NCBI GenBank assembly: GCA_973851085.1
Contig: OZ316775.1
Coordinates: 15,066,001-15,130,000 of the forward strand
Direction of reading: 5' to 3'
DNA length: 64,000 nt
Source of the DNA: Ptychomitrium polyphyllum
Taxonomy: Eukaryota
Shown here: positions 11,301 through 23,748 of the stretch, one piece after another
Numbering within the stretch: the first letter of the stretch is position 1
Layout of the letters: each line of letters opens with the position of its first letter
The notes under the pieces: model-generated
What the model was told of the DNA's origin: nothing
Seen by the model: only the letters and a program-made list of their open reading frames with translations
Databases searched by the model: none
Made by a program: the position numbers and the translations under genes

Positions 11301-14300
11301 AAGCTGTTACGAAAAATTACGTGGGAATTATTGCGAAAAAAAAGTTCTCCAAGGAATTAAACTAGTGGAAACATCAGGCTCTATGAAATGTAAGTATTGC
11401 CTCAATACAGTTTGATACAAGATATCAGAAATTATTGACATCTGTCCTTAGCGGAAACTCTGGGTGCTAATGAGACTGCATTGCGATGCCGGAACGAATC
11501 TAAAAGGGCACTATTTTATGGTCTCTTTTGTAAGGTATGAGAACACTTCTATCGTCGCAATCAATACTAAGGAGGTTTCGAAATCACAAACCTGCCAAAA
11601 GCAACAGCGAGGTAACCGCTCTTGCGCTCCCCTCGAACAGCAAAGTAGATATCGGTGCTTGTTAGAGTCCAAAATAGAGTCACCTACAGGTAAAGAACAA
11701 ACAAAGACCTCCATGACTGTTAGCGTGTATTAAAAACCATAAATAAATATCGTATCTCAGGTAAACAAACTTCAAGCATGAATCTGATGCCAATAGTCCT
11801 GAACAAGAAACCATCTGATAGACATGCAATCCATCTAGCACAAATTTATTTCGTATTCACATCAGAAAGGCTTGAACTTCCTGAGCAAGTAACCGCGCTA
11901 AAAAGTATTGAACGACGGAAAGAAAGTTCTGAACACTCACCTCATTATCTGCAAGCAGATGGCTTGTGTTGTACATATCAGATAATCCACCATCCACCAC
12001 TTGCACCTGCCAGCCCATCTTCTTCTGGTAATACGACTGGAAAGCCACAACATAGGAGGATTTGTTAATCGTTTAATAGAGGAAGAGAAACATCAGGTAC
12101 CAAGTCGACAAACACCCAATGACATTTTTAATCGTTATAGTACTAGATGTCACGGTCACCATGTTCATCCACAAGTCTGTCTAGGATGTCCACCAAACAA
12201 AACAATGGCGCGTGATGTTTTAACAAACTTAGAATCCAATATGGCGCGCACGCTTCATCAACCATTCTTAGTTACTGTATAAAAACGATCATAGAAAATG
12301 TACCTGATAGTAGACCTTGTCAGGTGTCCTTCGATCCGGCATCCACGTAAGAGTGTAAGGTAGGGTCGGAACTCCATGTGCATGAGGACCTCCGGCATAT
12401 ATTTTATCGCCAGGAGAATGTACTGAGCCTCCAATAGGATTTGATGTTACATAGAAAGACACATCATGCCCTGCCTGTACTAAAAACATCACCGGTACAC
12501 CTCTCTCTACCCTCAGTATGGGCGCTTCCTTAGAGTTTATAAACAAAACCTTTTTGGGATTAGGTGGGTTTGGGTACTCATATGCTAAATCCGAGGTTAT
12601 CAGAAGTGACGTTCCTCGATCTGCAACTACGATATTTCCCTGAGAAGCATTTGAGGCTGGAAGAGGGCCAAGACATTGGTCCAGGGAAGACCCAAGCGTA
12701 AGGTTAAGAAACCCATATTTCACACCTTGAGGCAATCCATGGTTCTGAGGTGTAAAATGAACCCGCATGCTGTCAGGTGATAATGAGCCCATAGCCCAAA
12801 CTACTGTCATGCCTCGTGTTTCATTCAACGAAACGTCAAATTGAACATCTTTACTAACAAGAGGGCGCCGATATCGGACAAGCGTAATTCCTGCAAAAAC
12901 AAAATGAAAAAACTTCAGAATAAGGAACGTATATCTCGTGGCTGTAAAAATCTGCAACGTGACAGCATTTTGTACAAGTATATGTAATATCTCAAGTAAC
13001 CGAACTAAACACTAACCTTAAAAATATGATATGTGACACATACACGTGTATTAGTTTCAAAATAATATAAGTATGCAACTAAAGAAGAAGCCTTCAACCT
13101 TAGATCAAGTGAACGTGTCAGCTCTCCATCCAATCATGATATGATAGATTTCAATCAAAAAACTTCCAATTTTGAACGTAGTAGACAAATGCTTCGTATA
13201 TTATGTAATACCACTCACGGAGTTCAGAGTTGAAATCCTGAAAGGACACGTCATTCACATACGGTAGACTACAAATATCTGTGTTTCAGACGAGCATAAA
13301 GTTACGTGCTACAAGAGGCCCTAAGCAAAATTCAAACATCAAGAGACTAGACCGCTGAAGGTACAACATCAATATTTTATAAACTCGCGGTTCTCTACCA
13401 GGAAAAAAGCATAATAGAGGATTCTTGGTGACATTCAAAGAAGCATAACATTCAGTCACAGTCAAATATGGTCCCATCACACCCATGAAAATTACAAGAT
13501 TCTTTAAAGCAGAAAAAGATATCAAACAAGCAAATTGTTGCAATATTTTTCTAGAAGAATACACACTGTAAGTTACACTACCTAGTATTTCCAAAGTACA
13601 ACGCAGATAAATTGAGAAGTAGGGAAATAAAGCTGTTACCAAAACTCACCATCAATTTGTTGACCATGAATAATTTCAGAATTATTGAGGCCAGTAGCAC
13701 TACCAGCCAAAAAAGAATCAGGACAAACGCCAGCTGGCTTGGTCTTGTCCCAGTTACATTCACTATAAGAACTCATATAGTAATCCTCTGATAGTGGAAA
13801 ACCCTGCAAAAAACAAGAACTTAGAAGTAGGGTAACTTCAACCAAACAATTGATTTAATTCGTAATGCTCAACACTGCTCACTCAAATATCTATCTACAA
13901 AAACTGGAGTAGCTAATTAAAAGCAGATAAAGCTCTACCTTATCATCAATACCAGCCACGACGACATCAGCTCCAATCATATAATGCTCAGTGATTCCAG
14001 GCTTGGCCCAACCAAACGCCATGTACTGCGTTTTTGTGAGTGCAGATTCGAGTCCAATGTCAACTGTTCCAGGAGCTACACCCAAGGTCCACCGTACCCG
14101 AAAAGCAGGTGACAGTTCAACACAGTTATCGAACATGGTTGGTTGCCGTTCACCCAGCATCTGTGAAGTACCTGGTGAAGTAGAGCCATCACTCAGAGGA
14201 GCCGGGGCCAACAGTGAACTAGGTCCACTAGTAGGAGGAAAAGTTGGAGGTCCTGCAACAGGACCTCCAATTGTTGGAGGTGGAGCAGTATGATTGGGTT

Positions 14301-15631
14301 GCAACACTATGTGGCCAAAATTTGAAGCTGTCGTACCATCCCATACACTCAAAACTTTTATGTTTTCCCAAGTCAGACCTCTCAATAAAGAGACCTGAAA
14401 AGCCGATAAAAATCAATGACAACATTTACAATTATATTTCTCTTGCACTGAAAAAGATAAACCAGCAAATTCTACCAGCATTTGTGAAATGTACGAGATT
14501 TGAGTCATATGCAAGTGTCGAGAAAACATACACCTAATTCGATTGTGAAAATGAACATGTGAAGCATGAAGGTAAATGCTGGACGCATGCTACAAAGCAA
14601 AAGTGAAAAGGTTCACTACACAAATTACCAAATCTGGTCAATGTAGTAGAGATAGCCTAACAAGTTCAAAACCTAGTCCTCTAAATATGAGAAACATCAA
14701 GGAGCATCAAGGAACATGCATTTTCACAAATTCGTCATGCGTAGGAAAACTCACCTGTAAACTAGCATTCCTGTAGAGACCGGATAATTTTGCATCTGAT
14801 ATCGCTTTTCCATCCAGGAAATTGTCAACGTCATCACTGATAGCACCCCACCACTTCACATCTATCCCAGGTAACATATCAAATCTGCTTACCTGTATTC
14901 ACAGTAGAATACAAGAATGAATAAGACTAAAGTAAACAGCCACCATGCATGCAATAGTCTCAAAACAGAAGGCAAACTGCTGTAGAATTGTACTGTAGAA
15001 TATACGTCTCAACACTAGAAACAATATAACGCAACAATGAGAACAAACTACCATGTCTATGTATATTGTGTAAATCATGCATTCATACGAAGTTCTTTTC
15101 TTCGAAGACGTACGTTTGGCTAGTATTACGCATAATTCACCACCCTAACTATCTAACAAATTAAAAAGTCTAGGTCATAAACAATGAGAGTATGTGCATA
15201 AAGCATTGTCAACCGTTCACATGTTTTGTAAGTAGCAACGAACGATCCATAACATTGCAGAACAAAGAGGAACTCGAGTTCAACAATTGTGCAATCCAAA
15301 AAATATCCGTCTCATCTACATCAAACCCTTGACTAAAATCACCAGCTGAATAGAAAAACCCCTAGCCAAATGAGCACAACCCATTCATTCGAAACATCCT
15401 TAAAGGCTTCACTTATACTCACAAGAGCAGAACAGAGGAACGACTTACAGTGAAGGAACAATCATCAACAATTCGAAACGAACCGCGCAGCTGGTGCTGC
15501 ACCATAACAAAATCCGCTTGAAACCCAACCCGAACGCTTAATGAGGAACATTGCGCTGCTGCGGTTCTAAACCCCCAAAAAACCGCAACAACGAACACCG
15601 TCAAACAAACCCGATCCTCCAAGATTCTCAT
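8362..15631 (-). CDS. Cytochrome b561, DM13 and DOMON domain-containing protein (At5g54830-like), multi-exon
   Basis: Signal peptide plus DM13 (FVMVQHQLRGSFRIVDDCSF; LSVWDGTTASNFGH). Two DOMON segments (PTMFDNCVELSPAFRVRWT...YMAFGWA; VTLFWTL...KSGYLAVAFG...MVWAMG). b561 motif VHGFMMFFAWGLFFPGG and further TM exons to 9243. The last exon(s) are approximate. Confidence 0.9.
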
Positions 15632-17775
15632 TTTGGACCTCTTTCTTCCGCTCTCGGCCTCCTCGCCACCATCCAAAAATCTCAACCTGCTGCTCTAATC
15701 CCCAAATCCTCCAAAACCGATCCGTAGCCTAAACCCACGCAACACGAAAGACGATCCTCCGATCCGCTCTCCAAGTAGAACTTCCCGCATGCACAACGCA
15801 TTCCCATATCCAACTCCCAAACCAAACCTCTTGTAGCGTTCACTGCACTCATCCAACCCAAACCCTAGTCCCGCTACTCCTCCATGGACTGCTGACCACA
15901 GGTGAATTTCCCTTCCAACTCATTGCACCGCCTTGGTTGCTCCGACTGAAGCACTCTGCCTTGTCCCAGTAGACTCGCAAGCTACAACTCTACCTCCCCT
16001 GGCACAAACTTCCCATCATCCTGACTGCGCATGCTCCAAATTCTTGTAAGGCTTCGTTGCAGGATCCCCTGTAGACGGAACACTCACAATGAAGTGCATG
16101 TTCTAGGGCTTTGCACCGACAGTGGCGACTCCATGAGGAGCTCTTTCAGGTGGATGGCGACTTGGTGGTCTAACTCACTAGCCACGTATACTGGTCCCTC
16201 CCTGCCGCTGCTCTGCACTAATGCTTCAGTTGGAACATGCGGTTCTCATTCCTGTTGCAATGCCATGACTCTCTCCCTCTCATTGTCTTGGAGTCTCACC
16301 CCTCTCACTCTCACCATCATGTGTGCAGGGCAGCTTTGCCGCAAGCTTTCGTCGACTCCCATTGTGAGGCGAAGTTCCTTCTTGCCCAAGGAAGGTTCTT
16401 CTGCCAGCTTGCCGAGGTGGGAGTATCTGCAACAGAGTCCCCTTTAGAATTGCCCATTATGACACAATCTTAATATGAGTACATCGGCGTAATAAAATAC
16501 ATTTGGGTACTTATGAAGCGATTCAATATTTGGGATGATTGTGCGTTTGTATGTGGTGATTGCAATGCCCTTTGAAATTTGGATTTGGATGGTTAGGTTG
16601 GTGACTGTATAGAGGATTGAAGAAGTTGGATTCAAGAATTTGTTAGAAGTTTTTCATGTGGAGTATTGGATTGTGTTTTCTTGAATTTGGTTTTGAAGTT
16701 CTAGAAATGTGTGTGCAGTGAATATTACATACTAAATGTTATATTTTATATATGTCTATGAAAGAACTTGTTTTCGTTTCTAGCATAGTACCCATTGTGG
16801 TGGCATGCCTTTTTATGAAGGCCATGATTAATGGCCATTGTGGTGGCACCAGATGGTAGACAATCTTATTAAACACTATTATTGCATGATTGTACAACTT
16901 TGTTATGGCTCTTTGTTGTGCCACGCCACGAAACTAGACTACTTCCTTTCCAGTGCACTTTACGGTTTGTGATTAGGCGCATTTTTGAGCATACAGGACC
17001 TTCCCAAAGTTCGTGGAAAGACAAATTCAAAACGAATATGGACACCAATGTAAGTCATTGCCCAACAAAGACAGTACATTTCCTGTAGAACTGTAGGGAC
17101 AGAAATTATCCAAGATCGTAAGGAATAGGTTTAAAGAAACAGATTACATGAAAGACATGGCTGAACTTTGGTGATAATGATATCCTTAGGATTAAAACAT
17201 CCAGTTAGTCATGGAATTGATGGAGGTTACTTCAACAGAAGAAAAAACACAATAAAGTAGATGCATCTACTACAGGAGCTTCCATTCACAATACCAAAAG
17301 ACAAGAGTCTTTCATGTTTAAGTGTGCATTTACACAAAGCACCTACCGCTTTCTGATTGAAACGCTACGCTATCTGAAACGAGAACAAAACTACAAATAG
17401 TAGTTCAAGAACATACCACACCAAATGAGAACATCTTCAGTAAGCCCTGCACATACTTCTTGTTATGACTAGCCCACCTTCAAGTGACAAATAAAGATAC
17501 ATTTACCCTATTCCCCAAGTCTTGAAAATTAGGCTCGTATGCAATCTCGATAAGGATCTAATCCGCTCCAACCAGCTCGTCCAGGTTCGAAAGACCATAA
17601 AACCTGCATGCATATAAGAAAGACAGCAACAGAAAGATACGATCCACAACATGTAACGGCAGAATAACCAACACATGAGCAGAATGCTAGAAGAAACGTT
17701 ACCTTTACGAACCTTCAAAACGAGTATTGTACATTTAGGTTGATGATGGCCACGACATTTTCGAAAACTTTAACA

Positions 17776-18295
17776 CTCCCGTCTCAATGGGCCCTATCTC
17801 ATCTCCCGTTCCCCACACAATGAATTTCAACAGCGTACATACGACCAGATGAAGTGTACGCAAAGGGACCGAGCAGCTTCAACAGGAATGAGATGAGAAA
17901 CTCCATTTGCTCGAGAGATCAACCTCGGATTTAAACCCAACGCTGAACGGAACACGTCGCAATGAACACAACAGAGCGGCCACTTCTTGAGGCAGATCTT
18001 TGAAATTCTTGACTAATTTTGCGAATGGCAGCACAGGTGATACCTTCATTCATGGATCAAATAACGGACCACCGGACCGGTGAACGGGGAGGAACAGAAA
18101 AGAACCCAGATCTAGGCAGAACCAGTCGCGAAGTAAGCAAGAGACCAGCCTCTTTCTGAAAGCAGATCTTTGAATTCTTGGTTAATTACGCAGCATAGGT
18201 AACACCTTCATCCATAGATCAACTGACTGTGGATCCCCAGATCAGTGAAAGCGTGGGAACTGCGCTTGTGACAGGTGCAGACTTGTCGCAAGTGT
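17776..18295 (-). repeat. Three diverged ~160-170 nt tandem units, each ending in a predicted hairpin, downstream of the RZ-1 stop codon
   Basis: Shared gtcgc core at 17956, 18125 and 18285. Near-identical blocks gcagatctttgaa..ttcttg..taatt..gcagca.aggt.a.accttcat.cat.gatcaa at 17992-18060 and 18162-18222. Confidence 0.7.
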
Positions 18296-19477
18296 GGGTC
18301 CAACATCCAAACAGAACGGACACTCTCAAATGATGATACCTTCTACACCAGCCCCGTCATTTCTCCGCGATACAACCTTTAGCCTCCAGAATGCCCAACA
18401 CTGATGCCCAGACAATAATAATGCGGCTTTAGACCAAAACCACTAACCCCGCGTCAAAACAATTGTGGAACTCCTTCAGGAATAGATGCTACAAAGGGTG
18501 ACCCAGTGTGTTGCATCCCCTGTAGCCTCCAACCAACCCGCCACAACCTCAGTAACAGAATAACAAACTAAAAGATGATGTAAAGGGACATTGCTTTTGA
18601 ACTACATGAGAAAGAACAGCACATAACCAAAATAAGCGCCTCTCTGCTTGACGTAAGTAAAGATCAAGTGCACAAAGGTAAGGAAATACTGACCTTCCCT
18701 GCAAACACTCAACAGAACCAACAATCCAGTTCCAAGCGCTAAAAGTATCTGGTCAATACCAGCTCCCGAACACAGAATCCCAATTTCCAGACCTTGAAAG
18801 CTAAAAGAGAACGACGGAACAGCTTTTATCCCCAAAACGTATACCTTCCATAACATACGAACGCCACAGATGCAGAAGAACAAACCCCAGCCTCTTATGT
18901 CCTCTTTGTCAAAATGGTGCTCTATCTTTCCCCCACAACGTGCCACATGTATCCGCCATCCAATTTACACTGCCCTAGTGCCCAGCGGCCATCAATACGC
19001 CCCAAGACCACAGGAAAAGACCAGATATATCAGAGATAATGGAATTGCTGCAGAACCAATAACAGGGAGCTGGGATCAGATGCAGACGGAGCACACTGCC
19101 AATGAGAACTTCAAACTTTGCGGGATATTGAATAAGAAATCTCAGAAGAACAGGCATCCAGGTCAATCGGCACATCCGTGCAAAAAGAACGCTGAATGTA
19201 ACTGATAATGTTTCCGCCATTGGTGATCCCAATCACTACCACAAGCCCCACACATGTCAAACCAACCTCCACATCACTTTGCCTGGTTCTGGATTCTCAA
19301 CTCGCACCACAAATACAGCATACTTTCCTCCATAACTAGCACTCGCAAAAGTAACGCTTCCACCTCTATGTATAGCTGGTTCCAGTCAAAACCAAAGGGC
19401 TTCTTCCTTTCCGCTGGAGTCAAAAGTCGTCCACACAGCGGGACATGGGTCTCGTGCCAGCTGACATCATTCTCTGC

Positions 19478-20774
19478 TCAATAACGATCATCATGACCTC
19501 GGGATCCACCACTGGGCCGGTCATAAGGCCCCGATCGGTCTCTGGTGCTTCCCTCATACCGGGATGCGCCTCCCCCAGCACTGGCATAACGATCACCACC
19601 TGTATAACGGTCACTGCCTCGGCTGCTGTCCCTATCACGACTATAGTCAGTACGACTCTCTCTGGCATAAGTCCCTCCATTCTTACGATCCGGACCCCCG
19701 GAACGGTCACCATAACGATCGCTGCCACGACCACCGCCACCGTAACGGCCACCACCTCCACCACCGCCGTAACGATCCCCTCCTCCATATCGGTCACTGG
19801 ATAGAAACCCAACAGTAAAAAACGAGGCACCCATGTTAGTCTCCTTGATTAAGGAAGAGGGTCCATGTAGATTCAGAACAGGTCCTTCAAAATCAAGCTT
19901 GCTGTAATCTAAATTTGAAACTATTACGTATTTATCAAATCTTAACCAAAATCTAGACCATGAGTCTAACTTCAGAAAACTTAAGAGAAACTCATGCACA
20001 TGACATAAATAGATACAGAAGAGAACATGACGAACATCCATCCAATCAAAGAGTTTGCAAACAGAGCATGGTGCACCATAACATACACCAAGGTTGGTAC
20101 TAACCTTCCACTGTCGTAACGATCACGACTAGAGTAGCGACCACCACCACCACCACCACGGTCACCCCCACCAGTGGGGCATTCGCGGGCCCAATGACCA
20201 GGCTGTCCGCACTTGAAGCAGTCACCTCCACCAGCGCCGCCGCCGCCGCCACCGCCACCGCCACCGCCGCCTCCGCCTCCACCTCTACCACCACCTCCAC
20301 CACCATATCCACGGTCACTTCCACCATCTCTACCTTTAGGTTTTGCACGGTTCACAGTGATGGGGCGGCCATCGAGTTCTTTTCCATGCAAGCGTTCGAT
20401 AGCCTCGTCCATGGAGCGCTCATCTCCGAAGTTGACAAACCCGAAGCCTCGAGAATGGCCTGTTTCTTTATCAACGATGACCTGCAAAAAGCATCACAAG
20501 CCTATATAACCACATCTATAGAAAGTAGAAAACAAAACACGTCGCTATTAAGGAAGCATAAGGACAAATGCAACCTCCCGTCATGACACATAAGATGACA
20601 TGCCATGTAGACAGATCCACAAAAGCTCCACGAAAGATACAAGAGAAGAAAATTGTCACTTACCTTGGCCTCAAGGACGTTTCCGAAGTGCCGAAACTCA
20701 TCCTCCAATCCCTTGTCCGTGGTATTCCACGACAAGCCTCCCACGAAGCACCGGAATTCCTCCGCCTCAGCCAT
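19478..20774 (-). CDS. Glycine-rich RNA-binding protein RZ-1 type (RRM + CCHC zinc knuckle + RD/Gly-rich tail), 3 exons (20774-20664, 20481-20105, 19796-19478), 268 aa
   Basis: RNP2 CFVGGL, RNP1 RGFGFVNF, zinc knuckle [20 protein letters not shown] repeats and C-terminal [10 protein letters not shown]. Junction phases are consistent (111+377+319=807 nt). Confidence 0.95.
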
Positions 20775-21879
20775 AACGGTTCTTTTGCTCGATCACTACA
20801 ATAAATTTCCAGACAGACGCCAGACCCACAATATATCAACGTTCACTAAAGCAGCACACAACATAGACCACCGACCAAAGCAAAAGCATGAGTGTCATAT
20901 CCACCAATGAACTTCTGACAGCCCCATACGTGCAAGACATCTGTCCCACTTCTAGAAATGCACATGTCTGTGCAGAATCCCCTGGAAAATACTGCACACA
21001 CACTGCCCCCTATGGGTTACCCCAGAAAACACCATACCAAACCAAAACGCCCTAAAAACCCCTTTCCAGCCTTTCTATACTATCAGAAGGACGCCAATAC
21101 GCATAGGGCCCAAAACACAGATATATGTCCTGCAACCGTCGCAACCTAACCCGGAAAACCACATGTCCTGTAAACCACCGACCATGCCCCCAAAACGTAA
21201 AGATCACAGATCCCAGAACCATCAACCAACACCACCTAAGAGACGATGTCAGAGTGAAGCAACCAACAATACAAAGAACAACCTTTTTTCCCATATCAGA
21301 GTTTCCCTCTGCAGTCAAAAGGAAAGATCACAGCTACACACCCTCCCAACCCCTTCACAGAAAAACACAAGACGTTTCCACATCCATACACATGCACACA
21401 TCCCCATGCCCTCACTCGCCCAAAAGCCCAACATCGAGAACATGGGTACATAGAGTGACATCCGCCAACATAGGCAAGATCACTTGTCCCTATTACAGAA
21501 AGAAGCACATCGCAATGACATCGAAGACGGGAGATGAGTTCCACAGAAGGTTCGGTACCTCCTGCACACACATACCAGGAATGCAATGATCGCAAAAAGA
21601 AACCGCTTCTGTTGTGGTGAAGCAGTTACACCTGTAAAATGGCAAAGAAAGCTCCAGCAGCGGAACGAAGAAAACGGGATGGTGGGGAAGTTCGCGAAGC
21701 GACGACGCCCTCTTCACAAAGAACGAGCGTCACGAGAACCGAGCTCCGTCGTCTCGCGTCGGAGTATCCGAGACGGAAGAGCGACACACCAAGTGAAGCG
21801 CAAGGGCAGCGCCCTTCAATGCAACCTCTCTGCGCCACTCCCTGCAGCCCCCACGATGAATGTAGCGTAGGCCCGGATG

Positions 21880-22230
21880 AATGCCTCCGTCTTGGATTGT
21901 ACGTCTCGGTGTCTCGGTGGCGGGTGGGCGGATGGATGCGTATTCTGTGGGATGGATTATTATTCTGCGGGATGGATGATTATACTGCGGTATGGATGAA
22001 TACTTTGCTGATGGGCGGATGGATGCGTATTCTGTGGGATGGATGATCATTCTGCGAGATGGATGAGTTTTTTGCGCATGAGCGGATGGATGAGTTTTTT
22101 GCGCATGAGCGGATGGATGTCTTTGTGGCGGACCGGGCTTTTTCCTTTTGGATGAAAGTAGTGGAAAAGAGCGTTGAATGTTTCATTCATCGTTCATCAG
22201 AGAGTGATTCACTTTCAAAGATGGATGTCA
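21880..22230. repeat. GGATGGATG-rich repeat cluster upstream of the RZ-1 gene
   Basis: A ~33-bp unit tgggcggatggatgcgtattctgtgggatggat occurs at ~21925 and ~22012. A 27-bp unit gatggatgagttttttgcgcatgagcg occurs twice in tandem at ~22058-22111. Confidence 0.8.
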
Positions 22231-23748
22231 TTGTATCAAGGACGGATATCATCTATTTGTGAGACATTTCCACTTGAAAGTGGGGGCTATTCATGGAGTC
22301 AATCCATTAATTTCTTTTTAATCCTAATTGGCATGGAAATCATTTACAATTACTATTAGTTTTGACAATGTACTAAGGATTAAAATTTATTTGTACTCAA
22401 ATGCAAAAAATATATTGAAGAAAATTTTAAGGTTATTTTTTTCTAAAATCAAGTTATGTCAAATAGAAGTAGAATGCCTAAGGAAAATTATCAAAGTAGA
22501 ATACTTTATTAATACTTAAGCTTTAAGTCCAAATTTTATAAAATTAATTATTTTATATTAATGTTTATGTTTTGTCATTTTTGTAGTTTTATTTTAATAT
22601 AATTTTTACTTAAACTTTTATTTCTAATGAAACATTCCAAATTAATATATTAAAATTCTGAAATTGAAATTTTGATGAGTCTAAAGAAAAGTTCTTTTAA
22701 ATTCATTACATAAAGTTTAAACAATTTTTAAAAAATACAGCTTGTATCATTAATTTTTTTGCATTGTTATTTTTTATTTTTTTAATCCAAATTATATTAA
22801 AGATGTAAAAGGTATAGTTCATAATACATTTTGGTTTTTTTTTTTAAAAAGAATTATTCCTTAAATTTTTAGAATATTAAGTTAATATTTATTGCCATAT
22901 CCATTAAACAAAATGGAACTTATTATAAATACATTATAATAAAAAAAAATTAAAAATGATGAAGTTTTATAATTTCAATATAATGTTTTATAATAAATCT
23001 TTGAAAAAATATTTAATTCTAATTAACTTTAATTAATAAAATTATATTTTTTAATAGGTCTTTTTTTTCTAATATGAATTTAGTATTTAAACTAATCAAA
23101 GTACAACAAACATTGTATTTATTGTAATTGCTTAAATTTTTTATTTTTTAAAAATTACAAATCTTTTGATGAAATATAATTTATCAATATACTAAGTATT
23201 GAATGATTGAAAAAAATTCATATGGTTTTTAAAAAAAGTAAAAATGATATTTATAATAGAATTTCACAACTTTATATAAAAAAATGAAGCAGCCAAAGAT
23301 GTGATGACATTTAAGACAAGTTTTTATTTTAAAAATAAAGTCTCAAGTGAGATTCTAAATGAAGTTTCAATTGATATGTGCAAATAAGCAGGCGCACATA
23401 CTAATGAGCTACAAAGCTTTCTTTTTGTATTCTGTATAAATATCTAATACAAAATGATGTGAAAGAGCAGCATTGATACAGTGAGGTCACTGAAATGGTG
23501 TACCTAAAGAGGAAATCATTCTTGATGGTGAGCGTTCACCTGTTGAATCAACATGACTTTTCTCCAAATGAAAGGACAAGGGGGCACTTATTGCATGTTT
23601 TTGGTGGCGTTTGAGTTGACACATTCAAAGACATGGACTCTGAGGTGAAGCAAAATACACGGTTGATTTGAACTATTTCAATTGCAAAATTGATTATAAC
23701 GACAGGCCGGAAAGTGGATGATGTACATGATGCGCTGCATAAGTAAAA

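Noticed and set aside
11401..11475. Possible extra exon with a GC donor in the DOMON gene
   Set aside because: The flanking exons already join in phase and give the expected sequence (AVAFGS|GMLNSFAY).
18330..18406. Plus-strand atgatga...ctga resembling a C/D box snoRNA
   Set aside because: Antisense to the host transcript, no terminal stem, and no rRNA-complementary guide recognised.
20194..20586. Poly-Pro and poly-Ala ORFs on the plus strand
   Set aside because: Antisense shadows of the Gly-rich RZ-1 exon.
22300..23340. Extremely AT-rich block
   Set aside because: No termini, periodicity or coding relic discernible by eye.
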